From Mesotaenium endlicherianum (Eukaryota), in the NCBI GenBank assembly GCA_009602735.1, contig WELA01003606.1, positions 717,602-781,601 of the forward strand: 64,000 nucleotides of DNA, in the 5' to 3' direction. The position numbers were made by a program, and so were the translations under genes. Below the pieces are notes generated by a model that saw only the letters and a list, made by a program, of their open reading frames with translations, was not told the origin of the DNA and ran no database searches. Of this stretch, positions 61,201 through 64,000 are shown in pieces. The stretch's first letter is position 1. Every line of letters begins with the position of its first letter.

Positions 61201-62906
61201 CACGCTTCAAGTGGGAGACATTTCTTGCACTAGCCCTCTTGCACCAACTTCATACCTTGCTTCTTCTTCCACACCATAGGCTTGTCTTCATCATAGTTCT
61301 CAACTCCTTATACTCCGTAGTACTTCCTCCATAAGAAAAGAGAAGTCTGAACTTGAAAGGCTCCATCTCCATCTCTCCCCTTTGAAGAAAAATCTGGAAT
61401 ACTTCTTCTTGCTCCAAGCCTTCTCCACGATGCTTCTCTTCACTTGAGGCTTCTTCAATCTCCATACAAGGTACCAAGCTCCATCATGGCTGGCCTCAAA
61501 TAACCAGTGGCTACATAGGAGTGATGCAAGGCAACCCAAATCTGGCCACATACTTGGCCAACTTGGTGCAACACCCCGGTGCACCCTCTCTTGAGCTCCT
61601 CATGAGCTCCTCTTGAGCTTGCGAGTGCTATGCCCGCCAAAGCTCCTAGACTTGCAAGTACACATGCTTGCTAAGTCCCTGGTTGCCTACCCTTAAAATC
61701 TGCTCCACCTTCATTGAAGATCTGAAATAAAGATGGGCACACACTCCTTTCTAGCCACTATCACCTCTATGCTAAGCCCCCTCATCAAAGAAAGAGCTTA
61801 ACACTAAAGAGCTTGCATCTTCAACGAAAAATCCAGCCGTGTGAACTCCAGATTTTCTTCATGCTCATATGTCTCCACACTCAAGCAAAGGCTGCTCTAT
61901 ACTACTTATATCACTACCATGCTTGGGCAACCTTCTTATACTACAACGAAGATGTACAAAAATCTGGTTGCATCCAAGTTAACACTTCTTGGAGTACCTC
62001 CCACTTCCCATCTCCTCCCTCCTTCAAAAGAGTGAGATGCTAGCTTGCATCAACGTCTTCATGGCTGCCTTTAGCAACTTATACATCATCCTTGTCTCTC
62101 CTCTCTACTCTCTCTACACTCCTACAAGCATCACCGACCAAAGCTCCTCCTCCAAATGAAGCAACTAGGTAGCTCCGATACCATGTGAAAGGGGGAAGGG
62201 TGCGGGGAGTGCGCGCACACACACTCACGCACCCTCACCCGCAAGTGGAAGCGTGCACGAGGACCTTTCCTAGTTGCATACACAAGGTGGAGTGGCCTTG
62301 TGGTATGCCACCCTTGCAAGAGTTAGAGGGCTACATGAGAGAGGAGTGGAAAAGAACTCACTTTATTAAGAAAAGTCATGTACAAGATAAGAAGGTTAGA
62401 CTAGACGAACTAGACTAGACTCCCTCTACTTCTTTGTGCTTCCCATTTATGCTTTAACTCTAAGTGTCCTCTCTAGCAAAGTACCTCCAGAACCGTCTAC
62501 TATGGTTCCTTCCATGTAGGTGACCTTGCCTAGTTGGACAAGCTAGCACACTCACACGCACGCAATCACACTCTAGAATATTCTACTACACAATCCACTA
62601 ACTCCTCACGAAGTTTCTAGAAATTCCACGATCACTTTGGCACTCTACGTAATTGTACGTAGTTTGTGAAACCCTCATGTTTCAATGTCCTACTTTCTGG
62701 ACTCCAACCGGAATTGTCGTCACTAGACCTGTCCTTGTCACTAAATTGAATCTGTGACACTAAACACTCACTAAAAACTCTCAAAATTCATAACTTTCTC
62801 AATACTTGTCCAAATGACTTGAAATAAAGGCCAAAGTTCTTCCAAAATTACACTCTATGCATATAAAATGCTAGGAAGATACAAACTATACTTCGATAAC
62901 CTTACA
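58251..62906 (-). mobile_element. Non-autonomous LTR element (family C) inserted in A2 gag
   Basis: LTRs 58251-58949 and 62186-62906; perfect TSD CACGG (58246-58250, 62907-62911); PBS 62172-62183; PPT 58950-58963; 3.2-kb interior with no long ORF or RT motifs. Confidence 0.93.
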
Positions 62907-64000
62907 CACGGAGTGCTTGAAATCCACGGTATCCACCTTTTGGGCCACTTCAATGATCTTTGAGAAGTCCGTCAAGTCGCGTATTCCACTTTCTTTGCCA
63001 CCTTGGGCTTGAGGCCAAAGATGTAGCGGTCAATCTTCTCCTCGAGAGACATATTGGGGATCTCAAGAGTGAGGGCGTGAAATCTGGATGTATACTCTTG
63101 AACGGACGTCGTTTGCTTGAGATGGTGGAGCCTTTCTTGGGCAATCTTCTCCGCATTGATGGGCATGAATTGCTTCTTGAGGGCCTCACGAAAATTTGCC
63201 AATCTTGCATATGATGGTGGGGGCTCTTGGCCGAACATGGGGTGCGCCATAGCTTGATATATAGCCGCTTGATAGTTACGCCACCATGATGTTGCTGCTC
63301 CTCTAAGTAAGGTAACAGCAAAGGGAACGTAGTCCTCCTCGGGTCCTTCAAGGAATGCGAGGTACGTCTCCACTTGGTAGAGCCATAAATTTAGGTTGGC
63401 ACCTTTCCCGGGGTTGAAAGTGTCGGGTTTGCCGGGCTTGATGAGTTTCCTTGCTCTCGTTGGCTCTTGTGGAGGCGCTTGAGGCGGGGCTGGATTTTGA
63501 GCATTGCTCGCAATAGAGGCAACCATGGCAGCCATAGCTTCTCTTGACGCTTGCACGTTTGCTTCAAAGGTGGCCAAGCCCACTTGGTTGTGGACGGTGA
63601 TTAGGAAGGCTGCCCACTCATTTGCGGGAACTCTTTATGGTGGGGTCAACTTTGCTATAGCGGCGGCCACGGGATTTGACGGTGCTCCTCCTTGTGGTGC
63701 TTCTTGTTGTTGCAAATTTTCTTGAGTGGACTCTCCCATCGGCGCTGGAGGAGGGTTTCTTGGAGAGGAAGGGCTTCCTTCGAAAGCTTGCTGTTGATCT
63801 TGAGGATCGGCCATCTTCTTGTGCTACCAAAGTGCCTAGCTCCGATACTACTGTAGTGAAACAGATAGATGACGTACTTAGTGAAATATAATACTTTATC
63901 TATTAAAGACAAGGATCTTTGAACACAAGTGGTAGCTTCTTGAAAGAGAGATGGCTTCTTGAAAATTAACATATTTCTAGGAAGGTGTACGTTGATGTGT

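Larger units (their letters stand above)
47617..64000 (-). mobile_element. Decayed family-A chromovirus (copy A2), host to insertions B2 and C
   Basis: 3' LTR 47617-48034; pol pieces 48802-50563 and 56546-~57980; gag pieces 57966-58250 and 62907-63814; mutated PBS 63839-63850; 5' LTR from 63852 to the window end; frameshifts, stops and a ~0.4-kb pol deletion at 50124/50125. Confidence 0.95.

Overview
Eukaryotic, repeat-dominated window. It is probably from a plant-lineage genome; the GC-rich short exons and protein style suggest a streptophyte alga, which is inference only. Most of the window is transposable elements: three Ty3/gypsy-type LTR families (here A, B and C) nested inside one another, a decayed hAT transposon containing a 34-bp palindromic minisatellite and sitting in an older hAT-like shell, and a piggyBac-like element. 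Family A includes an apparently intact chromovirus at 37245-43838. There are two host genes on the + strand. The first is a multi-exon gene (17465-28542, at least 16 exons) whose splice phases join into signal peptide - LRRs - EGF-like - (SPPPPKKM)n - papain C1A catalytic domain without a visible prodomain - 2 EGF - 4 LysM, and it is the most unusual object here. The second is the 3' half of a fungal Nha1/Sod2-like Na+/H+ antiporter with an in-frame stop (31752-33438). No rRNA, tRNA or CRISPR was seen. All domain calls were made by eye from motifs, not by database search.
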